A DNA stretch of 64,000 bases from Gammaproteobacteria bacterium (GTDB lineage: Bacteria; Pseudomonadota; Gammaproteobacteria; Ga0077536). Below the pieces are notes generated by a model. It made no database searches. It saw only the letters and a list, made by a program, of their open reading frames with translations, and had not been told where the DNA came from. This document shows, one piece after another, positions 55,921 through 64,000 of the stretch; within the stretch, counting starts at the first letter, position 1, and each line of letters starts with the position of its first letter. Both the position numbers and the translations under genes were made by a program. The stretch spans positions 30,925 through 94,924 of the forward strand of contig JBFXAQ010000014.1 in NCBI GenBank assembly GCA_050184115.1. Reading direction: 5' to 3'.

Positions 55921-56188
55921 CAAAGGCAACTGCGAGGCGACAGCGGAGCCCATGTGCAGCGTTGCGCGCGCCGCTCCGTTCCCCATTCCCATTGGTTCAC
56001 CCCGGTGCTCGCCGCGTGCGACTCGCCTCCGGGATTCCTGGTCGCACCTCACGGCGGGATCTAAACCGGGGACAGACCACAATTTACCTTCCCCGGCTTT
56101 ACCGCGGCCCGCTAAACCTGATCGGTCGACCGGGAGGGGCACTAAAAGCAAGTGCGTCCCCATTTCGCGGGCCGCTCGACGCGGCGCA

Positions 56189-56257
56189 CTGGGGACAGTT
56201 TACTTTTGCACGGCGCGTCGCCGCGGGCCGGGCGTCGGTGAAAAGTAAACTGTCCCC
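56189..56257. repeat. REPIN (inverted REP doublet), variant GGGGACAGTTTACTTTTGC ... GTGAAAAGTAAACTGTCCCC
   Basis: Same REP family as at 39206 (TTTAC instead of TATAC), in inverted orientation ~27 nt apart. Intergenic between SGL and the aminotransferase. Confidence 0.65.
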
Positions 56258-56276
56258 TTCAGCGTCGCCTCGTCGT

Positions 56277-57566
56277 TTACCGCGCCACCCATTCGCACAG
56301 CCGCTCGACGGCCGTCATCACCGGCGCGCACCAGCGGCGCAGGAAGGCTTCGTCGATGGTTTCCGTCGTGCCCGCGGCTGCCAGTGCCGCGGCGCCGTCG
56401 AAGTCGACGCAGGCGAGGCGTAGTGACAATTCGTCTGCCGGCCGGCCGAAGCAAGTGCCCGGCAGCACCGCCACCCCGGTTTCTTCCAGCAGGCGTTCGC
56501 ACAGCGTGACGCTGTCGGTGAGGCCGCGCGCGGCGAGGCGTTCGCGCAGCGGCTCGAAGTTGGGGAAGAGGTAGAAGCCGCCCCTGGGCTGGGTCAGTTC
56601 CGCCCCCGCCGCGGCTAGGCGTTCAAAGGCGTCGCCGCACAGCGCGGCGAGGATGGCGCGTGAACGGACCAGGTAGTCCTCGATCTCGGCGTGATCGCCG
56701 AAGCCGGTCACGGCGGCGTACTGGATGGGCGCGCTGGTGGAGGTGTAGGTCTCGCTCGCGACGGCGACCAGTGCTGAATGCAGCCACGCCAGGGTGGCGG
56801 GGAAGACGAAGGCGCCGAGGCGCCAGCCGCCGGCGCCGCACCACTTCGAGAGCCCGTTGCTGACGATCGTGCCCTCGGGGTAGTAGCGCGCGATGGAGAC
56901 GTGCTCGCCGGCGAAATTGAGGCCGCCGTAGATCTCGTCCGACAGCACCAGCACGCGGTAGCGCCGTGCCACCGCCGCGATGGCGGCGAGTTGCTCGGAG
57001 CTGTAGACCATGCCGGTGGGGTTGCCGGGGTAGTTGATGATGAGCAGGCGCGGGCGCTCGGGGTCGGCGCTGCACACGCGGTCGAGCGCTTCGGGGGTGA
57101 CCCCGAGCCCGCTCTCGATGGCCGTCGGCAACCACACGAGGTTGCGGCCGATGATGCGTGCCTGCGGCGCGTAGGAGACCCAGCTCGGACTCGGGATCAG
57201 CAGGTCGCCGTAGTAGGTGAGTTGGGTGAGGAACATCAGCTCCTTGGTACCCGGCCCGACCAGCACGTGCTCTGGCGAGTAGTCGATACCCTGGGTGCGG
57301 CGGCAGTAGTCGACGATAGCCTGGCGCAGCGCGGGCAGGCCACGAACCGGCAGGTAGTCCTTCTCGCCGGCACGATCGCGCAGGGTCTGCTGCACGAGAT
57401 CCGGCACCGGGAATGGCGACTGGCCGAGGCCGAGCGCGTAGACCTGTCGGCCGGCGGCGCTGAGCGCCTTGCTGCGCTCGTTGATGCTGACCGTCGGCGA
57501 CGGTTCGAGGCCGCGCACGTTGAGATTGATGTGGACGGCCGGGGGCAGGAACTGGGGCGTGGTCAT
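56277..57566 (-). CDS. PLP-dependent aminotransferase class I/II (aspartate-aminotransferase-like)
   Basis: ...LSKWCGAGGWRLG... (SK PLP-Lys region) and overall AAT-like fold. Confidence 0.8.
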   Translation of the reverse strand: MTTPQFLPPAVHINLNVRGLEPSPTVSINERSKALSAAGRQVYALGLGQSPFPVPDLVQQTLRDRAGEKDYLPVRGLPALRQAIVDYCRRTQGIDYSPEHVLVGPGTKELMFLTQLTYYGDLLIPSPSWVSYAPQARIIGRNLVWLPTAIESGLGVTPEALDRVCSADPERPRLLIINYPGNPTGMVYSSEQLAAIAAVARRYRVLVLSDEIYGGLNFAGEHVSIARYYPEGTIVSNGLSKWCGAGGWRLGAFVFPATLAWLHSALVAVASETYTSTSAPIQYAAVTGFGDHAEIEDYLVRSRAILAALCGDAFERLAAAGAELTQPRGGFYLFPNFEPLRERLAARGLTDSVTLCERLLEETGVAVLPGTCFGRPADELSLRLACVDFDGAAALAAAGTTETIDEAFLRRWCAPVMTAVERLCEWVAR

Positions 57567-57732
57567 GCGTGTACTCGCGGCGCGGGATGCGCCCGGCTTA
57601 TAGCAAATCGGACCGCGATCGTCGCGCGGGCGCGGGCGGTGACATCCACTGTAAGGATCCCGCGCCGTGGCCGACCAAGCCGCGAAACCGGTGGCTCGTG
57701 CCGCCGCTCATCCAGCCAACGAGGAATTCGAC

Positions 57733-57963
57733 ATGAAGAACCTGCTTGCCACTCTGAGCCTGCTCCTGGCCGCCAACGTTGCGCTCGCCGACGGCTTCGC
57801 GCCGTGGGATGCGCGCATGGCCGCGGTCGACACCGCCGCGGCCCCCGCCCTGACCGCCGCCGCCGGCTTCGCGCCGTGGCGCGATCGCGCCTTCGTGCCG
57901 GACATGGCCGATCCCAACACCCGCTTCGGTGACATGCCGAGCGTGTTCCGCCCCTGGAGCTGA
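57733..57963 (+). CDS. Small secreted protein with GFAPW repeats
   Basis: RBS GAGGAA before ATG. Signal peptide MKNLLATLSLLLAANVALA. Two DGFAPWDARMA / AGFAPWRDRAF repeats and terminal FRPWS. Confidence 0.45.
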   Translation: MKNLLATLSLLLAANVALADGFAPWDARMAAVDTAAAPALTAAAGFAPWRDRAFVPDMADPNTRFGDMPSVFRPWS

Positions 57964-58056
57964 GGCCGGCCATGGCGCGGGCGCCAGCCCGCGCCGGGTC
58001 CATCGCCACCGCCGAGCGTGCTATGTTCTGGCCCCCCACGTTCGCGCGGTGCCGCG

Positions 58057-58626
58057 ATGCCCGTCAGTGCCGATCCGGAAGCCTGGCTCGATGCGCATGG
58101 TGATGCGCTCTACGCTTTTGCCATGACGCGTGTACGCAATTCCGCCGTCGCCGAGGACCTCGTGCAGGACACCCTGCTCGCCGCGCTCGGTGCGGTGGCC
58201 GGGTTCGACGGCCGCAGCAGTGAGCGCACCTGGCTCATTGGCATCCTCAAGCACAAGCTCATCGACCACCTGCGCCGCGCCGGCCGCGAGCAGACCGTGG
58301 ACACGAGTGACGAGGACGGTGCGGTGTGGGCGGCCCGCTTCGATCACACCGGTCACTGGGTCGAGCCGCCGCGCGACTGGGGCGATCCCGCGCGCATCGC
58401 CGAGAACGATGGTCTCGGACGGGCGCTGGCCGCCTGCATCGAGCATCTGCCGGAGCGCCAGCGTGTGCTCTTCGTACTGCGCGAGGTCGACGGACTCGAT
58501 ACCGACGAGTTGCTGACCCTGCTCGGCATTTCCAGCGCCAACAACCTGTGGGTGATGTTGTCGCGGGCGCGCACGGCGTTGCGTGACTGCGTGGAGCGCA
58601 CCTGGCTCGGGGGGACGCGACCATGA
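58057..58626 (+). CDS. ECF (sigma-70 family, group IV) RNA polymerase sigma factor
   Basis: Sigma-2 region (DLVQDTLLAAL) and sigma-4 region (LPERQRVLFVLREVDGLDTDELLTLLGISSANNLWVMLSRARTAL). Confidence 0.8.
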   Translation: MPVSADPEAWLDAHGDALYAFAMTRVRNSAVAEDLVQDTLLAALGAVAGFDGRSSERTWLIGILKHKLIDHLRRAGREQTVDTSDEDGAVWAARFDHTGHWVEPPRDWGDPARIAENDGLGRALAACIEHLPERQRVLFVLREVDGLDTDELLTLLGISSANNLWVMLSRARTALRDCVERTWLGGTRP

Positions 58627-58877
58627 TCGACTGCCGCGAGGCGACGCGCCTGAACTCGACAGCGCCGGAACGACCCCTCACCCTCGGCGAGCGCTTCTCG
58701 CTCGCCCTGCATCTCGCGCTCTGTCCGCCGTGTCGGTATTTCCGGCGCCAGATGGCCGCCCTGCGCACAGCGGCGCGTGGCCTCGCGGCCGACGAGGCGC
58801 CGGCACAGCCGCCCCTCGGTCCAGCGGCGCGCGAACGTCTGCGCGAACGCCTGCGCAAGGCGCGCGACGAGTCCTGA
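58623..58877 (+). CDS. Anti-sigma factor, zf-HC2 (putative zinc-finger) type
   Basis: HLALCPPC motif. Overlaps the ECF sigma stop (ATGA). Confidence 0.65.
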   Translation: MIDCREATRLNSTAPERPLTLGERFSLALHLALCPPCRYFRRQMAALRTAARGLAADEAPAQPPLGPAARERLRERLRKARDES

Positions 58878-59083
58878 ACGCGGCCGCGCAGCCCTCGAGC
58901 CGGCACCGCGTCGCCATTATCGATATCAATTCGCTATTGCGTTCGGACCAGCGCGCATGGCCGGCGAATTCCGATGTGCCGGCACGGCATCGACTAGCGT
59001 TCTTGCAGCCTCGCGCCGGGGTTTCTTTACCCGGCCCGCCGATTTGGCCAAGATTGGCTGCGTTTCCACCCAGGACCGATCCC

Positions 59084-59686
59084 ATGCGCCAATCGGCCCC
59101 GTTCTGCTTCGCAACTGCGCGCGGGCCCTTGCTCGTGGTTTTCGTGTTGGCCGCGACGCTCGCCGGCGCGTGCGCCAAGACCCCGCAGATCCTGCCGGTG
59201 ACGCCGAGCGTCGCCGTCACCACCGACGCGGCGCGCGGCGCCGGGCGCAGCATCGCCATCGAGGTCGTCGACGTGCGCGGCACCGATGTCGTCGGCTACC
59301 GCGACCCGGCTGATCCGGGCTCCGCCATCACCACGCCGCCGGAGACACTCGGCAACATCCAGCGCGCGCTGGAGGACGGCTTCCGCCGCTTGGGTTTCGA
59401 AGTGGTGCCGGTCGGCGCGACCGCCGATGTCGCGCTCGAAGTACGTCTGAGCGAACTCGGCTACAAGCGCGACGCCGCCGGCCTGGTGCGCGATCTGCGC
59501 ACGGTGGCCACGGTCGAGGCGACCAGCGTGCTGGCGGGCAAGACCGTCAACGCCATCTACCGCGACGGCCAGGGCAAGGACACGGTGATCGCGCCGTCCC
59601 TGCACGAGAACGCCGCCATCCTCAACAAGCATCTCGACGGCGCGTTGTCGAAACTGGTCGCCGATCCGCGTCTGACCACGGAGTAG
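59084..59686 (+). CDS. YajG-family lipoprotein
   Basis: Lipobox LAGAC. YajG-like body (…LEVRLSELGYKRDAAGL…). Trimmed from ORF 58583..59686. Confidence 0.55.
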   Translation: MRQSAPFCFATARGPLLVVFVLAATLAGACAKTPQILPVTPSVAVTTDAARGAGRSIAIEVVDVRGTDVVGYRDPADPGSAITTPPETLGNIQRALEDGFRRLGFEVVPVGATADVALEVRLSELGYKRDAAGLVRDLRTVATVEATSVLAGKTVNAIYRDGQGKDTVIAPSLHENAAILNKHLDGALSKLVADPRLTTE

Positions 59687-59783
59687 CACGGGAAGAGGAA
59701 GAAGTCGGCGCCGCGAGCGCGGCGTCGACGCAGGCCGGGACCGCCCCGCGTGGCGAACCACTTCGGGCAGCATGGATGCCGGA

Positions 59784-60212
59784 TCAGCGGCCCTCTGTCA
59801 GGTACGTGACGTCGGGGGTACGCTCGACCTTGCTCAACTCCGTGTCGGGGTAGCTGGCGTCGTGGCAGGGCACGAGCGTCCCACGGTTGTTCTGCAGGTT
59901 GACCACGTCGATGCTCTGGAAGCGCTCCACGCGGGTGCCGACCCGGGTCGGATCGCCCTTGAATTCCAGCTGCTGTGCGGCGTATTGCGGATCCTCGGTC
60001 CAGCTCTTCTGGATCTGCCAGATCTTCCACCGCTCACCGGCCGTGTCGAAGGCGTTGGCGTAGCAGGCCTCGCCCCACTGACGGTCGGCGTAGATGAACT
60101 TCGTCGAGTACGGGTGGTTGTCACGCTGCGGATACATGCGTATCACGACGACCGAGCGCAGCGCCCAGTCGTCGTGCGGAGCCCAACCGCTGGGTCCGTG
60201 ACAACAACGCAT
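59784..60212 (-). CDS. Hypothetical protein
   Basis: Protein-like 142-aa ORF. No family recognised. The start may be an internal Met. Confidence 0.3.
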   Translation of the reverse strand: MRCCHGPSGWAPHDDWALRSVVVIRMYPQRDNHPYSTKFIYADRQWGEACYANAFDTAGERWKIWQIQKSWTEDPQYAAQQLEFKGDPTRVGTRVERFQSIDVVNLQNNRGTLVPCHDASYPDTELSKVERTPDVTYLTEGR

Positions 60213-60293
60213 GCCGCAACCCTGGTGGCACGCCCGAGATCGCTTTCTCTTGGCCGCAATATGCGCTTCGGATACGACGCCTCGGCGTGACGA

Positions 60294-60755
60294 TCAGAGC
60301 GCGGCGATGCGCTGGCGTGCGAAGCCCTCGTCGTAAGGCGACAGCGCGCGCACGTCGAGGGTCAGCGAGCGGAACATCCAGCGCTCCCCCACGCGTACGT
60401 ACTCGTCGACGTACTTGCCCATGATCCAGGCTGCGACCGGCTCGGGTTCCTTGACGATCGGGGCCCACAAGTCCCAGCGTCCGGTCGCGCGGTCGCCAGC
60501 GACGTCGATCAGGGGATTGGTCGCGTAGTGGTCGACGAAGGAGATGACCTTGCTGACACCGCTGAAAAAGGCATGGATGGCAGCGCGCCCTTCGTGGCGG
60601 CCGAACGGGCCACCGTCCCAGAAGCCGTCCTCGACGAACAGGCCCGCGATGCCGTCGGGGTCATAGTCCTGGTCGGCGAAGGCACAGTAGCGCGCCTTCA
60701 ACTGCTTGATGCATTCGATGTCGTAGAGCCATTGCAGGCGGTCGGCGTCATCCAT
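60294..60755 (-). CDS. SnoaL-like / NTF2-like superfamily protein
   Basis: MDDADRLQWLYDIECIKQLKARYCAFADQDYD...FVEDGFWDG pattern is typical of SnoaL_4/NTF2-like proteins. Confidence 0.55.
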   Translation of the reverse strand: MDDADRLQWLYDIECIKQLKARYCAFADQDYDPDGIAGLFVEDGFWDGGPFGRHEGRAAIHAFFSGVSKVISFVDHYATNPLIDVAGDRATGRWDLWAPIVKEPEPVAAWIMGKYVDEYVRVGERWMFRSLTLDVRALSPYDEGFARQRIAAL

Positions 60756-60849
60756 CGGTGGTTTCCCCTCGGTTGGTGGTGGCGACGGCCGCAGCATAAC
60801 CGCGCCCATCGTCGTTGCCGAAAGGGGAAGGTGCGCCGCCGGCGCCGCT

Positions 60850-61290
60850 TCAGATGGCGTCGCTGAGCAGGCTGTCGCCGTGGAGGAGCTTGTCGATGCG
60901 CTGCGCCGCGCGCTCGCAGTCGTCGAGGGTGGTGAAGACCTTGAAGCGCAGGCCCAGTGACGGCCGGCTGCCTTCCAGGCGTGCCAGCACGGCGCGCGTG
61001 AGCGGGCTGCAGTTCTCGGTCATGCGCGCTTCGGCGGCGACCAGGGCAGGGTCGGCCTCTTCGAAGATCTCGAGCAGGGGATAGCGGTCGAGCAGGGCGT
61101 CGGCGACGCGGCTCTGGTAGAGGAACACGCGTTCAGCGCGCGACGGCTCGTGGGTGGCCGCTGCGGTGGCTTCGCGGTGCGTGCCAGCGAGGCTGGCGCA
61201 GCCGCCGAGGGACGCGCTCAAGGCGAGGGTGACGAGCGCCCGGCTTGCGGCATCGAACGGGAATCTGTTGTGAACCTGCCAGCGCCGCAT
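60850..61290 (-). CDS. Hypothetical lipoprotein
   Basis: Lipobox LSASLGGC. 146-aa C-terminal part of ORF 60850..61968. Confidence 0.4.
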   Translation of the reverse strand: MRRWQVHNRFPFDAASRALVTLALSASLGGCASLAGTHREATAAATHEPSRAERVFLYQSRVADALLDRYPLLEIFEEADPALVAAEARMTENCSPLTRAVLARLEGSRPSLGLRFKVFTTLDDCERAAQRIDKLLHGDSLLSDAI

Positions 61291-61516
61291 CTCGTCCTGC
61301 CTGCCCCGGGACGCCCAGCGTCGCGCCCCTGCTACCCCTCGTCGTTCTACCAGCCTAGACGGCGAGCGCATGTTATCCAGTGTCCCGGCCTCCGACTGTG
61401 AAGCGTTTCGCGCCGGCGCCGGCGATGGCCGGGTCATGTCGTCAACAATCGTCACGGTAGCGATCCTCCGCCGGAGGATAGCGGCGCGTACCGCCCGGGC
61501 TTGACGGGGCCGGGGT

Positions 61517-63706
61517 TCAACGCGGTGCGCGCCGCGCGAGCCCGCGCTCGAGTTCCGCCAGCAGCTTGTCACCCGGTCGCTGGCGTGGCGCTGGCGCGTG
61601 GGACTCGCCGAGCCGCGGCCAGAGCCCCTGTCGGATGGATTCGGGCAGGACGTTCTCGAGGTATTCCAGCGCGGTACCGCGCATTTCTCGATCCCGGCTG
61701 AAGACGGCACGGAAGGACAGGCGCAGGGCATCGCGGTCGAGCACGAGGCTGAGCAGGGTGAAGACGTGTTCGAGCCCGTAGTCGACCTCGATGCCGCTGT
61801 CGGTCGCCACCGGGTCCTCGCCCTGGATGACGTCCTCGACGCGGATGTCGTGGCGCTGCCACTCGGCATCGGACACCGCGACCTCGCGCGCGCAGGCGGC
61901 GTAGACGCGTTCGCCGTCGAGGGCGAGGCGCGGGTCGCGGCCGCGCATGCGCGACAGCGCGCGGGCACAGGCGAAGCGCACGTTGAACTCGCTGTCGTCG
62001 AGACCGTCCTGCAGGATCGCGATCACGCGCGGTTGCGGCGATACCTCGAGCACGCTCGGCAGGCGCTGGCGGGCGAGGAGCGGTACGTCGGGGTCGAACA
62101 GGGCGTCGCCGAGCGCACCGGCGCAGCGCGGCACGATGAAACGCAGTTCCGTACGCGCGAGTTCGGCAAGTTCGTCCACCGCGAGCATCGGCACCACGAA
62201 CGGCGCCAGGCGGGCGTCCATGAACTCGCCTTCGAGCGCACGGCGGACGCGCTCACGTTCGCCCGAACACAGGGCACCGACGAGTTGGCCGAGACGCTCG
62301 CCGGGCCCGCTCGGCGGCGCGACGCCGTCGGGATGTTCCGCCCAGCGGCCGCCACGGGCGTGGTCGGCGCGCAGCTCCTGGATGCGGGCGAGCAGCAGCG
62401 CGCGCTCGGAGGCGCTCGAACTCTCGGCCAGGGTCTGGCGCGTGGTGGCGTCGACGATCTCGTCGTCGGCGAGCGAGATGAGGCCGTCACGCAGGTTGTC
62501 GGCGAGTTGCGCCACGTAGCCGCGGTAGAGGCGCGCAACCACGACCAGGGTGAACAGGGCCACGAGCATGGCAACGCCGATGACGACGCCGGCGGACAGC
62601 TGCGGCAGCAGCGCCAGCAGGCCGAGCACGATACCGCCGCCGACGACGTCGCCGAGGCGGTCGGAGGCGACGTCGATGATCGACTTCGTCGGCCGCTTGC
62701 GCGCCGGCGGCAGCGGTGTGTAGAGCAGTTCGAAGGCCGAACGGAAGAACGAGTTCTGCACCACCATCTGCCCACCGCGCAGCAGAACCACCGTCCACAG
62801 GCGCAGTGCCACGCTGTTGAGGAGGCCGCAGGCCAGCACCACCACCGGCATGGCGGCGAGCGCGACGCCGATGCCGAAGCGGTTGAGCAGGCGCGGGCCG
62901 AGCACCGACTGCACGACGAAGGTGACCAGGCCGGCGATGGCGTAGAAGCGCCCGAACAGGCCGACGAGCGCGGCCTGGTCGGTCAATTGCCGCGACGCTT
63001 CGGCCTTGAAGGCGTAGTCGACCAACGCCGCGAGCGCGGCGACCAGCACCATCAGCGTGCCCATCAGGACGAGGTAGCGATGGCGGAAGAGCAGTTGGAT
63101 GCCGGACTCGACCTCGAGCTCGTGCGCCGGAATGGGCCGCTGCGGGCGGCCGATGCCGCGCACCGTCGCCGCGCAGGCGAGGTGCAGGCCACCGAGCACC
63201 AGCATCATGGCGCGGGCGTCGATCAGCGCCGCGACGCGGTCGGCCATCAGGCCGCCGATGACGCCGCCCAAGGTGGCTGCCGCGGCGACCTCGGCGATGG
63301 TGCGCTTGGCGGTGTGTGGATCGAAGCGTTCGTTCACCACCGACCAGAAGCCCGAGATCAGCACCGCGCCGAACACCGCCATCTGCAGGTAGAGGGTGAG
63401 CGCGGCGAGCTCGGGCAGGGTGGCGTAGATCGACCAGCTGCCCCAGAACAGTACGCCGCTGACGAGGAAGGCGGCCGGCACGATACGCCACGGTCCGAAG
63501 CGGGTCAGCAGCCGTGACATCACGATCACGGCGAGCATCGACAGCAGTGCCGCCACGATGACCATCTTGGGCAGTTGGGTGATGTCGTAGACGGAGAGGA
63601 AGATGGCGTCGCGCGTCGCCTTGCCGCCGACCTGGTGGGCGATCATGAGCGTCGCCGAGACCAGCGCGAAGACGGTCGGCCAGGAGCGTTCGCGCGCGGG
63701 CGTCAT
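61517..63706 (-). CDS. Membrane transporter-like protein (12-TM, Npt/TLC ATP:ADP-antiporter-like MFS) fused to C-terminal HEAT-repeat domain
   Basis: N-terminal ~430 aa polytopic, then a soluble HEAT-like region (…VPMLAVDELAELARTE…ILQDGLDDSEFNVRFACARALS…). Start MTPARERSW (CAT 63704-63706). Confidence 0.5.
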   Translation of the reverse strand: MTPARERSWPTVFALVSATLMIAHQVGGKATRDAIFLSVYDITQLPKMVIVAALLSMLAVIVMSRLLTRFGPWRIVPAAFLVSGVLFWGSWSIYATLPELAALTLYLQMAVFGAVLISGFWSVVNERFDPHTAKRTIAEVAAAATLGGVIGGLMADRVAALIDARAMMLVLGGLHLACAATVRGIGRPQRPIPAHELEVESGIQLLFRHRYLVLMGTLMVLVAALAALVDYAFKAEASRQLTDQAALVGLFGRFYAIAGLVTFVVQSVLGPRLLNRFGIGVALAAMPVVVLACGLLNSVALRLWTVVLLRGGQMVVQNSFFRSAFELLYTPLPPARKRPTKSIIDVASDRLGDVVGGGIVLGLLALLPQLSAGVVIGVAMLVALFTLVVVARLYRGYVAQLADNLRDGLISLADDEIVDATTRQTLAESSSASERALLLARIQELRADHARGGRWAEHPDGVAPPSGPGERLGQLVGALCSGERERVRRALEGEFMDARLAPFVVPMLAVDELAELARTELRFIVPRCAGALGDALFDPDVPLLARQRLPSVLEVSPQPRVIAILQDGLDDSEFNVRFACARALSRMRGRDPRLALDGERVYAACAREVAVSDAEWQRHDIRVEDVIQGEDPVATDSGIEVDYGLEHVFTLLSLVLDRDALRLSFRAVFSRDREMRGTALEYLENVLPESIRQGLWPRLGESHAPAPRQRPGDKLLAELERGLARRAPR

Positions 63707-63939
63707 GACCGCGGAGTCGGTCGCCGCGAGGGGCAGCAGGCGTCGAGGCGGGGAGCGGGCGTGTTCGCGGCGGTGGTTTTGCGGCAGGCGGCGGTGCGGG
63801 CGGTGAACGCCTGCGCTCGCGCGTGGGTGGCTTCTTGCCGCTGCCTCGAGTGGTGCCGTCTCACCGCGCAAGCATACTGTGCACGCCTGGGCCGCGCACC
63901 GCCGGCGTCGTCGCCGAGGGTGCGCGGCCGCTTGCCGTT

Positions 63940-64000
63940 CAGAAGCGCGCGCCGTCGCGGTATTCGAGGCCGACCTCGGCGGCCTGGCGGCGCACGGTGT
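63940..64000 (-). CDS. 3' end of a minus-strand gene that starts beyond the window end
   Basis: tca (stop revcomp) at ~63940 followed by a protein-like frame running off the window end. Too short to identify. Confidence 0.2.

Noticed and set aside
1-64000. tRNA/rRNA genes
   Set aside because: No T-loop GGTTCGAATCC-like motifs or rRNA-like segments were seen in either strand.

Overview
This is a high-GC (about 65-70%) chromosomal segment that looks proteobacterial. It carries roughly 60 protein-coding genes on both strands, mostly metabolic and accessory functions. In window order the main contents are:

- **1-4212:** a YpfJ-like Zn-peptidase (5' partial), a DUF805 membrane protein, and an ArsR - paired-SMR - AlkB alkane-hydroxylase cluster on the minus strand.
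- **4438-10716:** Hsp33 (hslO), an MFS/GPH transporter with an alpha/beta-hydrolase, and two adjacent acyl-CoA dehydrogenases.
- **10922-15070:** an HdeA-like chaperone, a MOSC protein, a formamidase (FmdA/AmdA family), a cupin, DUF924 and a hotdog thioesterase.
- **15145-15699:** an AhpD/CMD-family gene interrupted by a single in-frame TGA at the second active-site Cys. A hairpin with an fdhF-like GGUC apical loop sits 18 nt downstream, so this is a candidate selenoprotein.
- **15778-22523:** an HDAC-family amidohydrolase, DUF3047, MlaC, a three-gene nonulosonic-acid module (TIGR04396-like / NeuB-like / NeuA) and an acetoacetate-decarboxylase-like protein.
- **22540-25462:** a TetR regulator with operator palindrome, a 385-aa unknown protein and an APH-type phosphotransferase.
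- **25478-26528:** a 1.05-kb low-GC, ORF-free stretch with five tandem paralogous units. Each has a sigma70-like promoter and an intrinsic terminator on the minus strand, with a covariation-supported hairpin carrying CCUCCCCUC motifs. I read these as an array of about 85-nt sibling sRNAs resembling cuckoo/CcsR. This array and the selenoprotein candidate are the most novel-looking items.
- **26618-34854:** a class-III adenylate cyclase-TPR, a two-subunit N,N-dimethylformamidase operon, an IclR / class-IV aminotransferase pair, a methyltransferase and a hypothetical protein.
- **35040-39181:** an unannotated small secreted Cys-containing peptide, TrkH, and a short KdpD-like HK / KdpE-like RR pair.
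- **39206-39990:** a RAYT (IS200-like HuH transposase) flanked by REP/REPIN palindromes, with a second REPIN at 56189-56257.
- **39987-64000:** HpaB-family oxygenase, a PEP-CTERM protein, acyl-CoA synthetase, a flavoprotein, fused SCOT A/B, a LuxR-RR/HK pair, a tandem-PilZ protein, an RND/MMPL exporter, SGL lactonase, aminotransferase, an ECF sigma / zf-HC2 anti-sigma / YajG module, and an MFS-HEAT membrane protein.

No tRNA, rRNA or CRISPR were seen. Coordinates taken from line positions may be off by 1-2 nt in places; CDS ends follow the ORF track.
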